Source of the DNA: Lysobacterales bacterium | GTDB taxonomy: Bacteria; Pseudomonadota; Gammaproteobacteria; Xanthomonadales; SZUA-5 | Direction of reading: 5' to 3' | Assembly: GCA_022844165.1 (NCBI GenBank) | Contig: JALHMH010000009.1 | Coordinates: forward strand, 32,001-96,000 | Length of the DNA: 64,000 bases | Shown: one piece after another, positions 19,351 through 29,373 of the stretch | Position numbering within the stretch: position 1 is the stretch's first letter | How the letters are laid out: each line of letters opens with the position of its first letter | The notes under the pieces: model-generated | What the model was told of the DNA's origin: nothing | Seen by the model: only the letters and a program-made list of their open reading frames with translations | The model's database searches: none | Made by a program: the position numbers and the translations under genes

Positions 19351-22260
19351 ATGAGTATTCCAGCCACTTTGCAAGAGCAACTTGCGCGCCTGATGGGATT
19401 GCCGCCGGTCGAGCGCGAGCAGGCGCTGGCGGCGATTGAAGATGCAGAAATGCGCGAAGAGCTCGCGGCGTTGATTGCGGCGCAAATCGCGTCCGAGCCC
19501 ACGACCAATGCCGGCGACCAGGGGCAAGCAGAACCGGGCCTTTCGGTGACCAGCGTCAACCCCGACCTACCGAAAAACCCAATTCCACGTTTAGACGTCC
19601 ACTCTACCGGCTTGCAGGGCAAGCGCATTGGGCCGTACACGCTGGATGCGTGGATCGGCGATGGCGGTTCGGCTTCGGTGTATCGCGCGCATCGACTGGT
19701 TGAGGGCGTACGCCAGACGGTGGCAATCAAGGTCCTGCATCGTGGCATGCAGGCGCCCGAAGCGCGCCAGCAATTCGACCGCGAGCGGCGCGTGCTCTCG
19801 GTGCTGGAGCATGCCTCGATCGCGCGCTGGATCGATGGCGGCGTGACACGCGATGGCGCGGCCTATCTGGTCTTGGAATTTGTCGATGGCCAGAGTATCA
19901 CCAGTTTCGCCAGGGCGAAAAAGCTGTCGCTGCGATCGCGCATCGGGCTGATGATCGAGGTCGCCAACGCAGTCGATGCCGCGCACCGGGCACTGATTGT
20001 GCATCGCGACTTGAAACCTGGAAACTTGCTCGTCAACGGCTCTGGGCAAATCAAACTGCTCGACTTTGGCATCGCCAAACTGCTGGAAGGCGACGGCGAG
20101 AATCAAACGCAAGTGCACATGTTCACACCAGCCTACGCCGCACCCGAACAGCGTAGCGGCGGGACCATCACGACCGCAACCGATGTTTACGCGTTGGGCG
20201 TGATTCTCGGCGAGTTGCTGATCGGCAAACGCTTCAATAGCGAGATCACCACCACGCCCTCGCTGCAAATCGATGACGAAGCTACCGAAGAAGGCACGTT
20301 GCCTGCGCCGCCCGCGCGGCTGCGACAACTGATCAAGGGCGATATCGACAACATTCTGCTCAAAGCGCTGGCCAACGATCCGAACAAGCGCTATAGCTCC
20401 GCAGCCGCGTTCGCCGACGACTTGCGCTGTGCGCTGGAGGGTCGCCCGGTCGCCGCGCATCCACCTTCGCGCAGGTATCGCGCCAGCAAGTTCATCACCC
20501 GAAACAAAATCAGCGTCGGATTAGTGACCGCGCTCAGTATCGGGATCATCGCCGCAAGCATCGTCTCGGTGCTGTTTGCGATCAGTGCCGAGCGCGCACG
20601 AGAACGAGCCGAACTGAGTTTCAGTGCGTCGGTGCACGCGGTCAACAACCTGACGCAGGATCTGGCGAAGAACCTGCGCGAGGCGCGCGGCGTTCGCGCC
20701 GAAACTGTCGCTGGCGTGCTGCAAAAGGCGCAGAAGCTGGTCAGCGACATCGAGCGCACCGATCCAGGCAACATCGCGCTGGAACACGCGCGCATTGGAA
20801 TGTTGATCGGCTTTTCCGGCACCTATCGCAGCATCGCGCGATCAAACGAGGCCGATGCTGCACTCGACGACGCCTGGTCGCGTCTGGAGGCGCTGCGAGA
20901 TCGCGGCATCGAAACGCCATTGCCGTTGAAGATCGACGCGCTGCTCGCGCGTTCGGAGGCGCACTACTACACGATGGACTGGCAGTCTTCCGCGGATGCT
21001 GCGCGTCAGGCGTCGGCGCTGAGCGCGGGTGACTCCACGCGCGCATGGCGCGCGCGCAAACAACTGGCGATCGCGTTGTTTTTCGCCAACGAGCTTAAGG
21101 CCGTGCACGCACTCCACACCTCGGAACTAGCAATTGAGCGCACGCTGGCATCGGACGACCTTGATGCCGACGGCCTGGCGCACGCGCTCGACTGCTACAC
21201 GACGATCGCATCGGCGCTCGCCTTGCTCGGTGAGCACCAAAACGCAGAGGCGTTGCGCGTTCATGCGCGTGCGGCAACACAGCAAGCGTTGCAACGCTTT
21301 CCAAATTCTCAAGACCTGCTGCTCACCGATTTGCGCTTGACCAATCTCGAAGCCAACTATTTGTTGCGGCTGGACCATATCGACGAAGGTCTGGCGTTGG
21401 CGCAAACTGGGCTGGAACTGGCGAATGAGGCGATCGTGGCGAATCCGAATTCGATGGCATTCCGTTTCGTTGCCAGATCGTTCTACAACGTTCGTGCAAG
21501 AGTGTTTCGCCAGCGCAATCAGGTTGAATCGGAACTCGCTGATCTGCGCGCAATCCGTGATTCGCACAGGGAGCTTTCCGATCGCGATTCTGGCAATAGG
21601 TTCTTGCGCGCCGAGTTGTCGTTTGCTGAGCGGCGCGTGGCGAATGCGCTGTTGTTGCGGAGCAAGGCGCAACCGGATGCCATAGTCGAGTCCGAGCGGT
21701 CAACGTTGGCAGCGCTTCAGATCGACCGCGAATTGTTGCAACCGGCCCCATCGCGTCCGTTTGCGCGGCGCTATCTTGCCGCCTCACTGGAACAACTAGG
21801 CGATCTTCGTAAGACGCAAATGCGTTTCGACGACGCCGATGCTGCTTACCAGGAGAGTTTGCAATTGCGACTCGCGCTGGCGCGAGATTTTCCGTCCGAG
21901 CCGGGTTGGCTTCGCTTGGTGGCAATCAGCTACGAGGCAATCAAGGACCTCGCAGCTAGGCGCGATGACCTTGATGGTGCGATTCGTGCACAACGCGAAG
22001 CGGTGAGCCTTTGGGAGGCGCTTCGGGCGCAATCGAAGGAGCCCAGCGATTCGCTCTCTTGGTTCGATAGCCAGTTGTTGCTGGTTGAGGCATTGCTGCT
22101 CCAGAGGAACAACCCAGCGCTAACTGCCGAGGCAGTCCAAATACTCGGACGGTTGCGCGATTACGCAAAGGAGCATGCTCAATCTCTGCAAGCAAGACCC
22201 GATCTCGTCAAAGAACTCGCTCGCCTGTATGAGCGCGCATCACCCGGAGGAACACGCTGA
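19351..22260 (+). CDS. Membrane Hanks-type Ser/Thr kinase 2 with long TPR-like C-terminus
   Basis: IGDGGSASVY, VAIK, HRDLKPGN, DFG, FTPAYAAPEQ; TM segment NKISVGLVTALSIGIIAASIVSVLFAI. Confidence 0.92.
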   Translation: MSIPATLQEQLARLMGLPPVEREQALAAIEDAEMREELAALIAAQIASEPTTNAGDQGQAEPGLSVTSVNPDLPKNPIPRLDVHSTGLQGKRIGPYTLDAWIGDGGSASVYRAHRLVEGVRQTVAIKVLHRGMQAPEARQQFDRERRVLSVLEHASIARWIDGGVTRDGAAYLVLEFVDGQSITSFARAKKLSLRSRIGLMIEVANAVDAAHRALIVHRDLKPGNLLVNGSGQIKLLDFGIAKLLEGDGENQTQVHMFTPAYAAPEQRSGGTITTATDVYALGVILGELLIGKRFNSEITTTPSLQIDDEATEEGTLPAPPARLRQLIKGDIDNILLKALANDPNKRYSSAAAFADDLRCALEGRPVAAHPPSRRYRASKFITRNKISVGLVTALSIGIIAASIVSVLFAISAERARERAELSFSASVHAVNNLTQDLAKNLREARGVRAETVAGVLQKAQKLVSDIERTDPGNIALEHARIGMLIGFSGTYRSIARSNEADAALDDAWSRLEALRDRGIETPLPLKIDALLARSEAHYYTMDWQSSADAARQASALSAGDSTRAWRARKQLAIALFFANELKAVHALHTSELAIERTLASDDLDADGLAHALDCYTTIASALALLGEHQNAEALRVHARAATQQALQRFPNSQDLLLTDLRLTNLEANYLLRLDHIDEGLALAQTGLELANEAIVANPNSMAFRFVARSFYNVRARVFRQRNQVESELADLRAIRDSHRELSDRDSGNRFLRAELSFAERRVANALLLRSKAQPDAIVESERSTLAALQIDRELLQPAPSRPFARRYLAASLEQLGDLRKTQMRFDDADAAYQESLQLRLALARDFPSEPGWLRLVAISYEAIKDLAARRDDLDGAIRAQREAVSLWEALRAQSKEPSDSLSWFDSQLLLVEALLLQRNNPALTAEAVQILGRLRDYAKEHAQSLQARPDLVKELARLYERASPGGTR

Positions 22261-23777
22261 TGTCCATTGACCGATACGCATCGTCGCTGCGTTACGCGCT
22301 GATATTGCCAGCGCTGCTGGCAAGCGCCGCCTATGCGCAAACCATCGGCCTCAACCAAACCGTGGTTGCCGAGTTCAACAACGCCGCAGAATTCCAAACG
22401 CTCTCCAATGCCGGCTGGATCTTTCGCGCGGGAAATGGCACCGGTACGCAGAGCTGCGCCACACCGGGTAACATCGACGCTTGCGGTTTCGGTTTTTTTG
22501 CTGATGGCGCGCAAGGCACGGCGCGCGGTTTGGCGGCAGGCAACACGCAGGGCCGTTGGATCATCACGCCACCTATCATTTTCGGGAGCAGCGGCAACGT
22601 CAGTATCGTTCTGCGCAAAGTGAACTCAGGGACGGGAGGCCTTGATCTTCGCGAGAGCGGTGGCGCGTCGGATACGCAAGAGATGTCCGATAACGGTATT
22701 GAGCCTGGAACAGACAAAGGCAGCGGCGCCTGTCCGGCGGGAAACAGCTTCTGCGCGCTGCGCAACTTGCGTAGCTCCGGCGACGCCACCTCCGGCGGCG
22801 AGCCGAGTTGTGCGAACTTGTTCACACCGGCCAATCCTGGTGTGGGCTTGAGCTATTGCACAGTGCAAATCAACGCGTCGGAGTTACAAAATTTCGGCAC
22901 CGGCGTGCATCGCCTCGCGATCAAGCTGCGTTCCTCGGGTTCCACCGTGGGCAGCAATGTGGACATGTTGCTGGATCGCATCGAGATCAACACTGGCAAC
23001 AACGATCAGGTACCCGCGCAGGCGTTCATCAGCCACGGCTTCACTGGCAGCAACCCTGTGCTCGGCCTGTATCGCCATCCGATTGCGGGCCACACCGCAG
23101 CCAACTTGTCCTTGGTAACGGCGCTAACGAGTAACGATTTTGCTGCGCTCGACTTCAGTCCCAACGGCAACACGCTGTACGGGATCGTCGGCTCTCCGCC
23201 GACGCTGGTGCGCGTAGATACCAACACAGGCTCGCGAACGCCGATTGGCGCAGTGACAGGGCTGCTATCCAGCAACGAGTTCATCCGTGGCTTGATGGTC
23301 GATCCACGCAGCGGCGAGAGCTATTTGATGACGCGCAGTTTCGCCGATGCGCAGTCGCGCCTGTATTTGTTCGATCTGACCAATGCCGAGGCGAACCTCC
23401 AGGCCGGCGTCAACAACGGCGGTGATTTCCGCGCCTCGGCAAGCTCCATCGACTGCGCAGGACGCCTCTACAGCGTCGACACCACCAGCCCGCCGGGCGG
23501 GCGCCTGTATCGCGTCAATCGCATCGATGGCTCCGTTACGCTGGTGGGCAACACCGGCTACACCTCCAGCCTGTTCCATGGACCTATCGACTTCGACAAT
23601 GCGAACGATCGGTTGATGGGTTGGGTGCAAGCCCAAAATGGCGCCTACGTCGGCTACGGCAGCTACAGCTTGAGCACCGGATTCTTCAGCGTGATCTCGA
23701 CCACGCCGCAACTGTCGATGGGCGCCGGCGCGATCAACAGCCGCTGCTGGGAGCGATTTGCAGATGGTTTTGAGTAG
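22260..23777 (+). CDS. Secreted protein with jelly-roll-like N-domain, beta-propeller-like C-domain and FADGFE terminus
   Basis: Signal peptide ending AYA-Q; ALDFSPNGNTLYG / LYRVNRIDGSVTLVG blade-like repeats; TGATG coupling to kinase 2. Confidence 0.85.
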   Translation: MSIDRYASSLRYALILPALLASAAYAQTIGLNQTVVAEFNNAAEFQTLSNAGWIFRAGNGTGTQSCATPGNIDACGFGFFADGAQGTARGLAAGNTQGRWIITPPIIFGSSGNVSIVLRKVNSGTGGLDLRESGGASDTQEMSDNGIEPGTDKGSGACPAGNSFCALRNLRSSGDATSGGEPSCANLFTPANPGVGLSYCTVQINASELQNFGTGVHRLAIKLRSSGSTVGSNVDMLLDRIEINTGNNDQVPAQAFISHGFTGSNPVLGLYRHPIAGHTAANLSLVTALTSNDFAALDFSPNGNTLYGIVGSPPTLVRVDTNTGSRTPIGAVTGLLSSNEFIRGLMVDPRSGESYLMTRSFADAQSRLYLFDLTNAEANLQAGVNNGGDFRASASSIDCAGRLYSVDTTSPPGGRLYRVNRIDGSVTLVGNTGYTSSLFHGPIDFDNANDRLMGWVQAQNGAYVGYGSYSLSTGFFSVISTTPQLSMGAGAINSRCWERFADGFE

Positions 23778-23885
23778 GCGCCCGGCGCGCGAGCACTGAA
23801 CCCGAGAATGACTCACGTTCTGTTGCGTGCCTGTTGAGTTACGATGAGTCTGGAGATACTTCAGGTGCCTGTCAGGAGACCGCTC

Positions 23886-24890
23886 ATGCGATGGGTTCTC
23901 GCGCTTGCCTTATTGCTAGCCAACAAAGCGCTGGCTGAGATCTACGTGACCGATGGCGTGTCCAACGGCAACCCGCCCAACCGTATCAGTGTGTGGCCCG
24001 ATACTGCCACCGGCAATCCGGCCCCCGTGCGGCGTATCGTCGGCTCGCGCACACAGATCGGCAACGGCAGCAATGGTCTGCCCGACATCATCACGATCAG
24101 CAGCCGCCAGGAAATCTTGATCACCAACAACTCGCAATTGCGCATCCAGACGTTTCAGCTCGGCGCCAACGGCGACGTATTGCCCTTGCGTGAATTGTTG
24201 CTCACTGGCCAGCCCAAAGGGTTGGCTTACATCCCGATCACTGATGAAATCGTCACCGCACCGTCGAATTTTTCTGCCATCCACTTCTATCCGCGCGCAG
24301 CCACCGGAAGCGCGCCGACCACGCGCGTGATCAGCGGCAACAACACCGGAATCGGCTCCATTCCGACCGACATCGTTTACTTGTTCGGCGTCGATCAGAT
24401 TGCGGTGTCGGACTATGTGCCGGGAGACCCAAATTTCGCCAAGCGAATTCAGGTTTTTGCACGCACCGCCTCCGGCAATACCGCGCCAGTGCGGGTGATC
24501 CAAGGTCCTGCAACACAACTTGGCGCTTGCAACGGCCGTGCCGCTGGCATCACCACCGATCACACCGGCACCGAGATCATCATCGGCTGCTTCAATCAAA
24601 TCCTGACCTTCGGCCCGGCAGCCAGTGGCGATGCTGCGCCACTGCGGCAGATTACAGGTGTGGCGACAACGCTTGTCGCCATTTCCGACGTCACCTTTCT
24701 ATTCGGTAACCAGGGCCAACCCTCAACGCTGGTCGTGACGCAGTTCAATGCCACCAACTCTGTCGCGCGCTTCGACGCCGCCGCGAGCGGCGATGTTGCG
24801 CCGCTCACGAGCCTGAATAGCCTCGCGCTGTTTCAAGCGCGCTCGGTCGCTGCCGAGGTGATCACATTGTTGCAGGATGGCTTCGAATAG
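23886..24890 (+). CDS. Secreted repeat (NHL-like propeller) protein with LLQDGFE terminus
   Basis: AGGAGA SD before ATG 23886; signal peptide; six A[ST]G..AP.R.I.G-type repeats. Confidence 0.85.
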   Translation: MRWVLALALLLANKALAEIYVTDGVSNGNPPNRISVWPDTATGNPAPVRRIVGSRTQIGNGSNGLPDIITISSRQEILITNNSQLRIQTFQLGANGDVLPLRELLLTGQPKGLAYIPITDEIVTAPSNFSAIHFYPRAATGSAPTTRVISGNNTGIGSIPTDIVYLFGVDQIAVSDYVPGDPNFAKRIQVFARTASGNTAPVRVIQGPATQLGACNGRAAGITTDHTGTEIIIGCFNQILTFGPAASGDAAPLRQITGVATTLVAISDVTFLFGNQGQPSTLVVTQFNATNSVARFDAAASGDVAPLTSLNSLALFQARSVAAEVITLLQDGFE

Positions 24891-24963
24891 CCGCTAGTGG
24901 CAGCCGACGACTGTGACGCGATCAGATCGCGCTGCAGTCGATTCGACCTGATCAGCATCGCCG

Positions 24964-25872
24964 CTATTCGGCCGGGCTGGTTCTGGGTTTCAAGGTTCTC
25001 GCAAACAGGTCCAATGTCGCCTGCCATGCTTGAGCGGCAGCTTCGGCGTGGAATCGGGGCGTGGTGTCGTTGTGGAACCCGTGCTGGGTTCCGGGCAGTT
25101 GCAGTTTGCTGTATCGAACGCCGTTGGCCTGCATGGCTGCCTCGAAGCTGGGCCAGTTGGCATTGATGCGTTCGTCGTTCGCTGCGAGCACGACCAGCAG
25201 TTCCGCCTTGATGCTCGGAACGTCCTCGATTGCGGCACCCATGCCATAAAACGGTGCGGCTGCGCGCAACGATGGCAATTGTGTTGCCAACCAGTTGACC
25301 AGACCGCCGCCCCAGCAGAACCCCACCGCGCCGAGCTGCCCGTTGCCACCTTCGACGCCGAGCAAATACTGCGCAGCCGCTAAAAAGTCGGCGCGCGACT
25401 TGGCCTGGTCGAGCGTTTGAAACTTCGCGCGCGCGTCGTCCTCATTGCCCGGGTAACCACCCAGCGGAAAGAGCGCGTCGGGCGCCAATGTAATGTACCC
25501 CTCGAGCGCAAAGCGTCGCGCGACATCCTCGATGTGCGGATTCAAACCGCGATTCTCGTGCGCCACCAAAACCAGCGGTGCTGCAGTGGTGAGCTCGGCC
25601 GGGCGGACCAAATACGCTCGCCCGCGATCATGACCTGGCGACGCGAATTCGATGAACTCGGCTATCAGTCGCGCGTCGTCCGGCGCAACTTTCTGTGCTT
25701 GCGCGAAGCGCGGCGACAGCAAGGTCAGCATCGTCGCCGCCGTCATCGCGCCGGTCGCAAATCGCCCCGCATCGCGGAGGAATGCACGCCGATCGATGAT
25801 ACCGTGCACGTACTGATCGAATAGCCGCCACACGCCGGGATGGAAATCGATGGTCGGGTCGGGTTCTGTCAT
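24964..25872 (-). CDS. Dienelactone hydrolase family protein (YghX-like)
   Basis: HENRGLNPHIEDVARR, GFCWGG nucleophile motif, HGFHND; Tat-like IDRRAFL. Confidence 0.9.
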   Translation of the reverse strand: MTEPDPTIDFHPGVWRLFDQYVHGIIDRRAFLRDAGRFATGAMTAATMLTLLSPRFAQAQKVAPDDARLIAEFIEFASPGHDRGRAYLVRPAELTTAAPLVLVAHENRGLNPHIEDVARRFALEGYITLAPDALFPLGGYPGNEDDARAKFQTLDQAKSRADFLAAAQYLLGVEGGNGQLGAVGFCWGGGLVNWLATQLPSLRAAAPFYGMGAAIEDVPSIKAELLVVLAANDERINANWPSFEAAMQANGVRYSKLQLPGTQHGFHNDTTPRFHAEAAAQAWQATLDLFARTLKPRTSPAE

Positions 25873-25959
25873 GGCGTCAACCTCTTTTGATACCGTTCAC
25901 CCAATGATCGCAGCGCAAGCGTGTTGGCGACGTTTAGCTCCGCAGCGGCGAGCAGCGGC

Positions 25960-28900
25960 TCATCCAACCAGATCCAGCCAATCGTCCGCCGTCAACCCTG
26001 CGGCGAGGCTCTGGCCGGCGTCATCAAAAATGGCTGCGCTCCACTCACGTTTGCGCGCCTGCAATTCCTGGATGTGCTGCTCGACGGTGTCGCTCGCAAT
26101 CAGACGGTAGACGAAGACCGGTTTGTCCTGGCCAATGCGATGGGCACGATCCGTCGCCTGGGCCTCAGCTGCCGGGTTCCACCACGGATCGTAGTGGATC
26201 ACCGTGTCTGCCGCAGTCAGATTCAAACCAAATCCGCCGGCCTTCAAGCTGATCAGGAACACCGCCACTTCGCCGCGCTGAAAGCGCTGTACCGGCGTGG
26301 CGCGGTCGTCGGTTTGTCCGGTGAGCTTGGTGTAACGGATTCGGTGCGCCACCAGTTCGGCTTCGATCAACGACAGCATGCTGGTGAATTGGCTGAACAC
26401 CAGAATGCGTCGTCCCGCTTGCGTCAGTTCGCTGAGCATATCGACGAGCACCTCTAGTTTTGCCGATGGTGCGCGCACCTCATGGTCCAATAGTCGCGGA
26501 TCGCAACACACCTGCCGCAAACGTGTGAGCCCCTCGAGCACGCGAATCCGACTGCGCTCCCAAAGCCCCTTGGCGATCAGGTCCTTCAATTCGGCCAGAT
26601 ACACAGCGCGCAAGCTGTCGTACAACTCGCGTTGGCGGCCTTCGAGCGTCAACGAACGCACGATCTCGGTCTTCGGCGGCAGGTCTGCTATCACCTGGTC
26701 TTTGGTTCGCCGCAACAGGAACGGGCGAATGCGGCGACGCAGCCGTTCGCGTGCGTCCACATCGCGCAATTTCTCGATGGGCTTGCGATAGAGGCGGGTA
26801 AAGTCGGTCTTGTTACCGAGTAATCCCGGCAACAGGAAATCGAACTGCGCCCAGAGTTCGCCCAAGTGGTTCTCGAGCGGCGTGCCCGTCAGGCACAAAC
26901 GCTGACGCGCGTCGAGTTTACGTGCCGCACGTGCGGCCAGTGTTGCCGGGTTCTTGACCATCTGCGACTCGTCGAGCACGACGATATGCCAGGGTTGTGA
27001 CGCGAATGCCGCACCATCGCGCGACAGCACGGGATAGGTTGTCAGTACAATGTCAGCGCCGGCAATCGACTTCAGGCGTTTACCGCGCTCGGCGCCGGCA
27101 TAAACAACAACACTCAGGCTCGGCGCAAAACGCGCGACTTCTGCGCTCCAGTTCGGTAACACGCTCTTCGGGCAGACCACCAAGGCAGGCCGATCCAGAC
27201 GCCCTTCTTCCTGCTCGCCAAGCAGATGTGCCAAGACCTGTACGGTTTTGCCCAGCCCCATGTCGTCAGCCAGGATGCCCGACAGGCCGCCCTGCCCTAG
27301 AAAGCGCATCCACGCCAGACCCTCGACCTGGTAACTGCGCAGCGTCGCGCGAAGCTCTTTCGGGACAGGCGTTGCAGGCAGACCCGAGTACCGGGCGAGA
27401 CGTTCGGCCAATAGCCGGACCGCCGGTGCGCTGGAAAAGAGCCGTTCGCCATCCGCAAGCTCGGTCTCCAGCTCGATCAACGCCGCGGCGCGCGCGCGCG
27501 GCAACACAACCGTGCGCTGATCGCTACTGCCGGCATCGCCAAGTTCCTCCAGCGTGCGCAGGATTGCCCGGAGTTTGCCGCTGGCGACCGGCAATCGTTT
27601 TTCGCCAGGCAAGCTCAACGCGATGACAGTGTCGGCCGTCGGCAGGTCGGCAAAGCGCCCCTCGCGCAAGCCGGCGCGCAGGCTCGGCAATAATTCGATC
27701 CGTTCGCCATCGACCTCAATGCCCAAGGACAGCCGCAGCTGGCCCGGCAGCTCCTCAACATCGGCGACGAACCGGTAGTCGGTATCGATGAGCTTCAGCG
27801 GGAAACGTGGCCCGTACTCGATGCGCCAACCCTCGCTGCGAAGGCGCGGCAACATCACATAACAGAACTCGTTCAGGCTCTGCGGGTCGCCATCGGGATT
27901 GATGATCCAATCCGCCCCGGTCAGGCCCGGGTGGTCGATCAACGCGTGGCGATTGGAAGTCAAGCCGAGCTGCTTCAGGCGCAGTGCGAATCCGCGCTCC
28001 TGGGTGCGATCGCGCGGCTCGACCGAAACGCGTTCGCCGTCGTAGCTGGTCATTGCCGGCGCCGGATCCGTTTCGCCAACACGCTGCGCACCGTAGGCAA
28101 ACGACAAACGCGCGAAAGCGATCAACTGAGCGCTGCGCCGGCCACGCTGTTCGATCGTTCCCGCGCTCTGGTGCAGCGACAGAATCGGCAGCGGCGTGCG
28201 CGGCTCGCTTGCGAGCGTTGGCAAGACCGGAGGCGCCGGGAAATTCGCCGGGAGTGCATCGGAGAACTGCGGCGGCCAAACCGCAGCCGCTGCCGGCAGT
28301 AGCGGCGGCAATGCCAGAAGCTCACTCGCAAGTCTGGGTGTCAGCGGCCAGTCCAAGGCGCCGATTTGCCGCGCCAGGCGATCGACATAGTGCCAGACGG
28401 TACCAATACGCACGAGGTCTGTCGCCAGGCCCGTGCGCGGATGTAGCCGTTGTGCACCGCGCGAATCGATCTCCCAGGTCCATTCCGGATTGCGGCCAGG
28501 GCCCGGCACCACCAGGAGCGCAGGTTCGCGCCAGGCGAAAGCACCTTGACCGGCGATCGTCTGAAGCACCGCCCTGGCATCTTCGGGCAAGATCCACCAG
28601 ACCTGCGATTCGAGATGCGAGCCGCGAATCGGCGCCAATCTTACCGCCAGTTGCCGCGCAGCGGGCATCGCCAGCGACTCGGGCAGATCACGCAGTATCG
28701 AAAGCGGCACCTCTTCGAAGCGCCAGCTGCTGCCGTGAGCGGTCCATCGCCCAGGACGCACTGCGAGCGCTTGCGGCGGGCCAAGTGCGGTGCCCAGAAA
28801 CCCGTAACGACCAGCCACCGGGGCGATGATCGCGCGCGCCGTCTGCGGTTCGGCCGCGATCTCTACGTGCGCGCTTTGCAGCAGGGCCGCGGCATGTTTG

Positions 28901-29148
28901 CATGCCACCTGCACCGGACAACTGCAGTGGCTTTCGATCCGCCATCGCCCGTTTCTCAATCGCGCGCGAACATGAACTCGATAGGGATGTCTGCGCCCGC
29001 CGCGAACTTCTCCCAACACCGCACGTTCGTCCTGGCCTTCGGACCATTCCAACCACAGAACACGACGCTCGCGCACGTACGCCAGACCACGCCGCAAGTC
29101 GGTCTCGGTGAAGTGCGCTGCAAGCGAATCGGTGGAGATAGACCACAT
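25960..29148 (-). CDS. SWIM zinc finger / SNF2-family helicase
   Basis: CSCPVQVACKH; LADDMGLGKT, DESQ, LTGTPLEN, SLKAGGFGLNL, QATDRAHRIGQ; start uncertain. Confidence 0.92.
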   Translation of the reverse strand: MWSISTDSLAAHFTETDLRRGLAYVRERRVLWLEWSEGQDERAVLGEVRGGRRHPYRVHVRARLRNGRWRIESHCSCPVQVACKHAAALLQSAHVEIAAEPQTARAIIAPVAGRYGFLGTALGPPQALAVRPGRWTAHGSSWRFEEVPLSILRDLPESLAMPAARQLAVRLAPIRGSHLESQVWWILPEDARAVLQTIAGQGAFAWREPALLVVPGPGRNPEWTWEIDSRGAQRLHPRTGLATDLVRIGTVWHYVDRLARQIGALDWPLTPRLASELLALPPLLPAAAAVWPPQFSDALPANFPAPPVLPTLASEPRTPLPILSLHQSAGTIEQRGRRSAQLIAFARLSFAYGAQRVGETDPAPAMTSYDGERVSVEPRDRTQERGFALRLKQLGLTSNRHALIDHPGLTGADWIINPDGDPQSLNEFCYVMLPRLRSEGWRIEYGPRFPLKLIDTDYRFVADVEELPGQLRLSLGIEVDGERIELLPSLRAGLREGRFADLPTADTVIALSLPGEKRLPVASGKLRAILRTLEELGDAGSSDQRTVVLPRARAAALIELETELADGERLFSSAPAVRLLAERLARYSGLPATPVPKELRATLRSYQVEGLAWMRFLGQGGLSGILADDMGLGKTVQVLAHLLGEQEEGRLDRPALVVCPKSVLPNWSAEVARFAPSLSVVVYAGAERGKRLKSIAGADIVLTTYPVLSRDGAAFASQPWHIVVLDESQMVKNPATLAARAARKLDARQRLCLTGTPLENHLGELWAQFDFLLPGLLGNKTDFTRLYRKPIEKLRDVDARERLRRRIRPFLLRRTKDQVIADLPPKTEIVRSLTLEGRQRELYDSLRAVYLAELKDLIAKGLWERSRIRVLEGLTRLRQVCCDPRLLDHEVRAPSAKLEVLVDMLSELTQAGRRILVFSQFTSMLSLIEAELVAHRIRYTKLTGQTDDRATPVQRFQRGEVAVFLISLKAGGFGLNLTAADTVIHYDPWWNPAAEAQATDRAHRIGQDKPVFVYRLIASDTVEQHIQELQARKREWSAAIFDDAGQSLAAGLTADDWLDLVG

Positions 29149-29373
29149 GGGGCGCAATATCGGCAGTTGGCGCGCAACGGGACGCAACAGGACAGCCTAA
29201 CAGTCCTAAGGTGCTGGTGTCAGTGAATCCGCCATGGGTTCTTGCACCAACTGAGAGCCTGTTGAATGTCAAACTTGAGGAATGCTCCGCAAACCGTTGG
29301 TTTGGCGAATGGAAAAGCGGTGTTATGCTTGAGGGGACGTCGCCCTCTGTGCGATTCGCGTGGATCGAAGACC

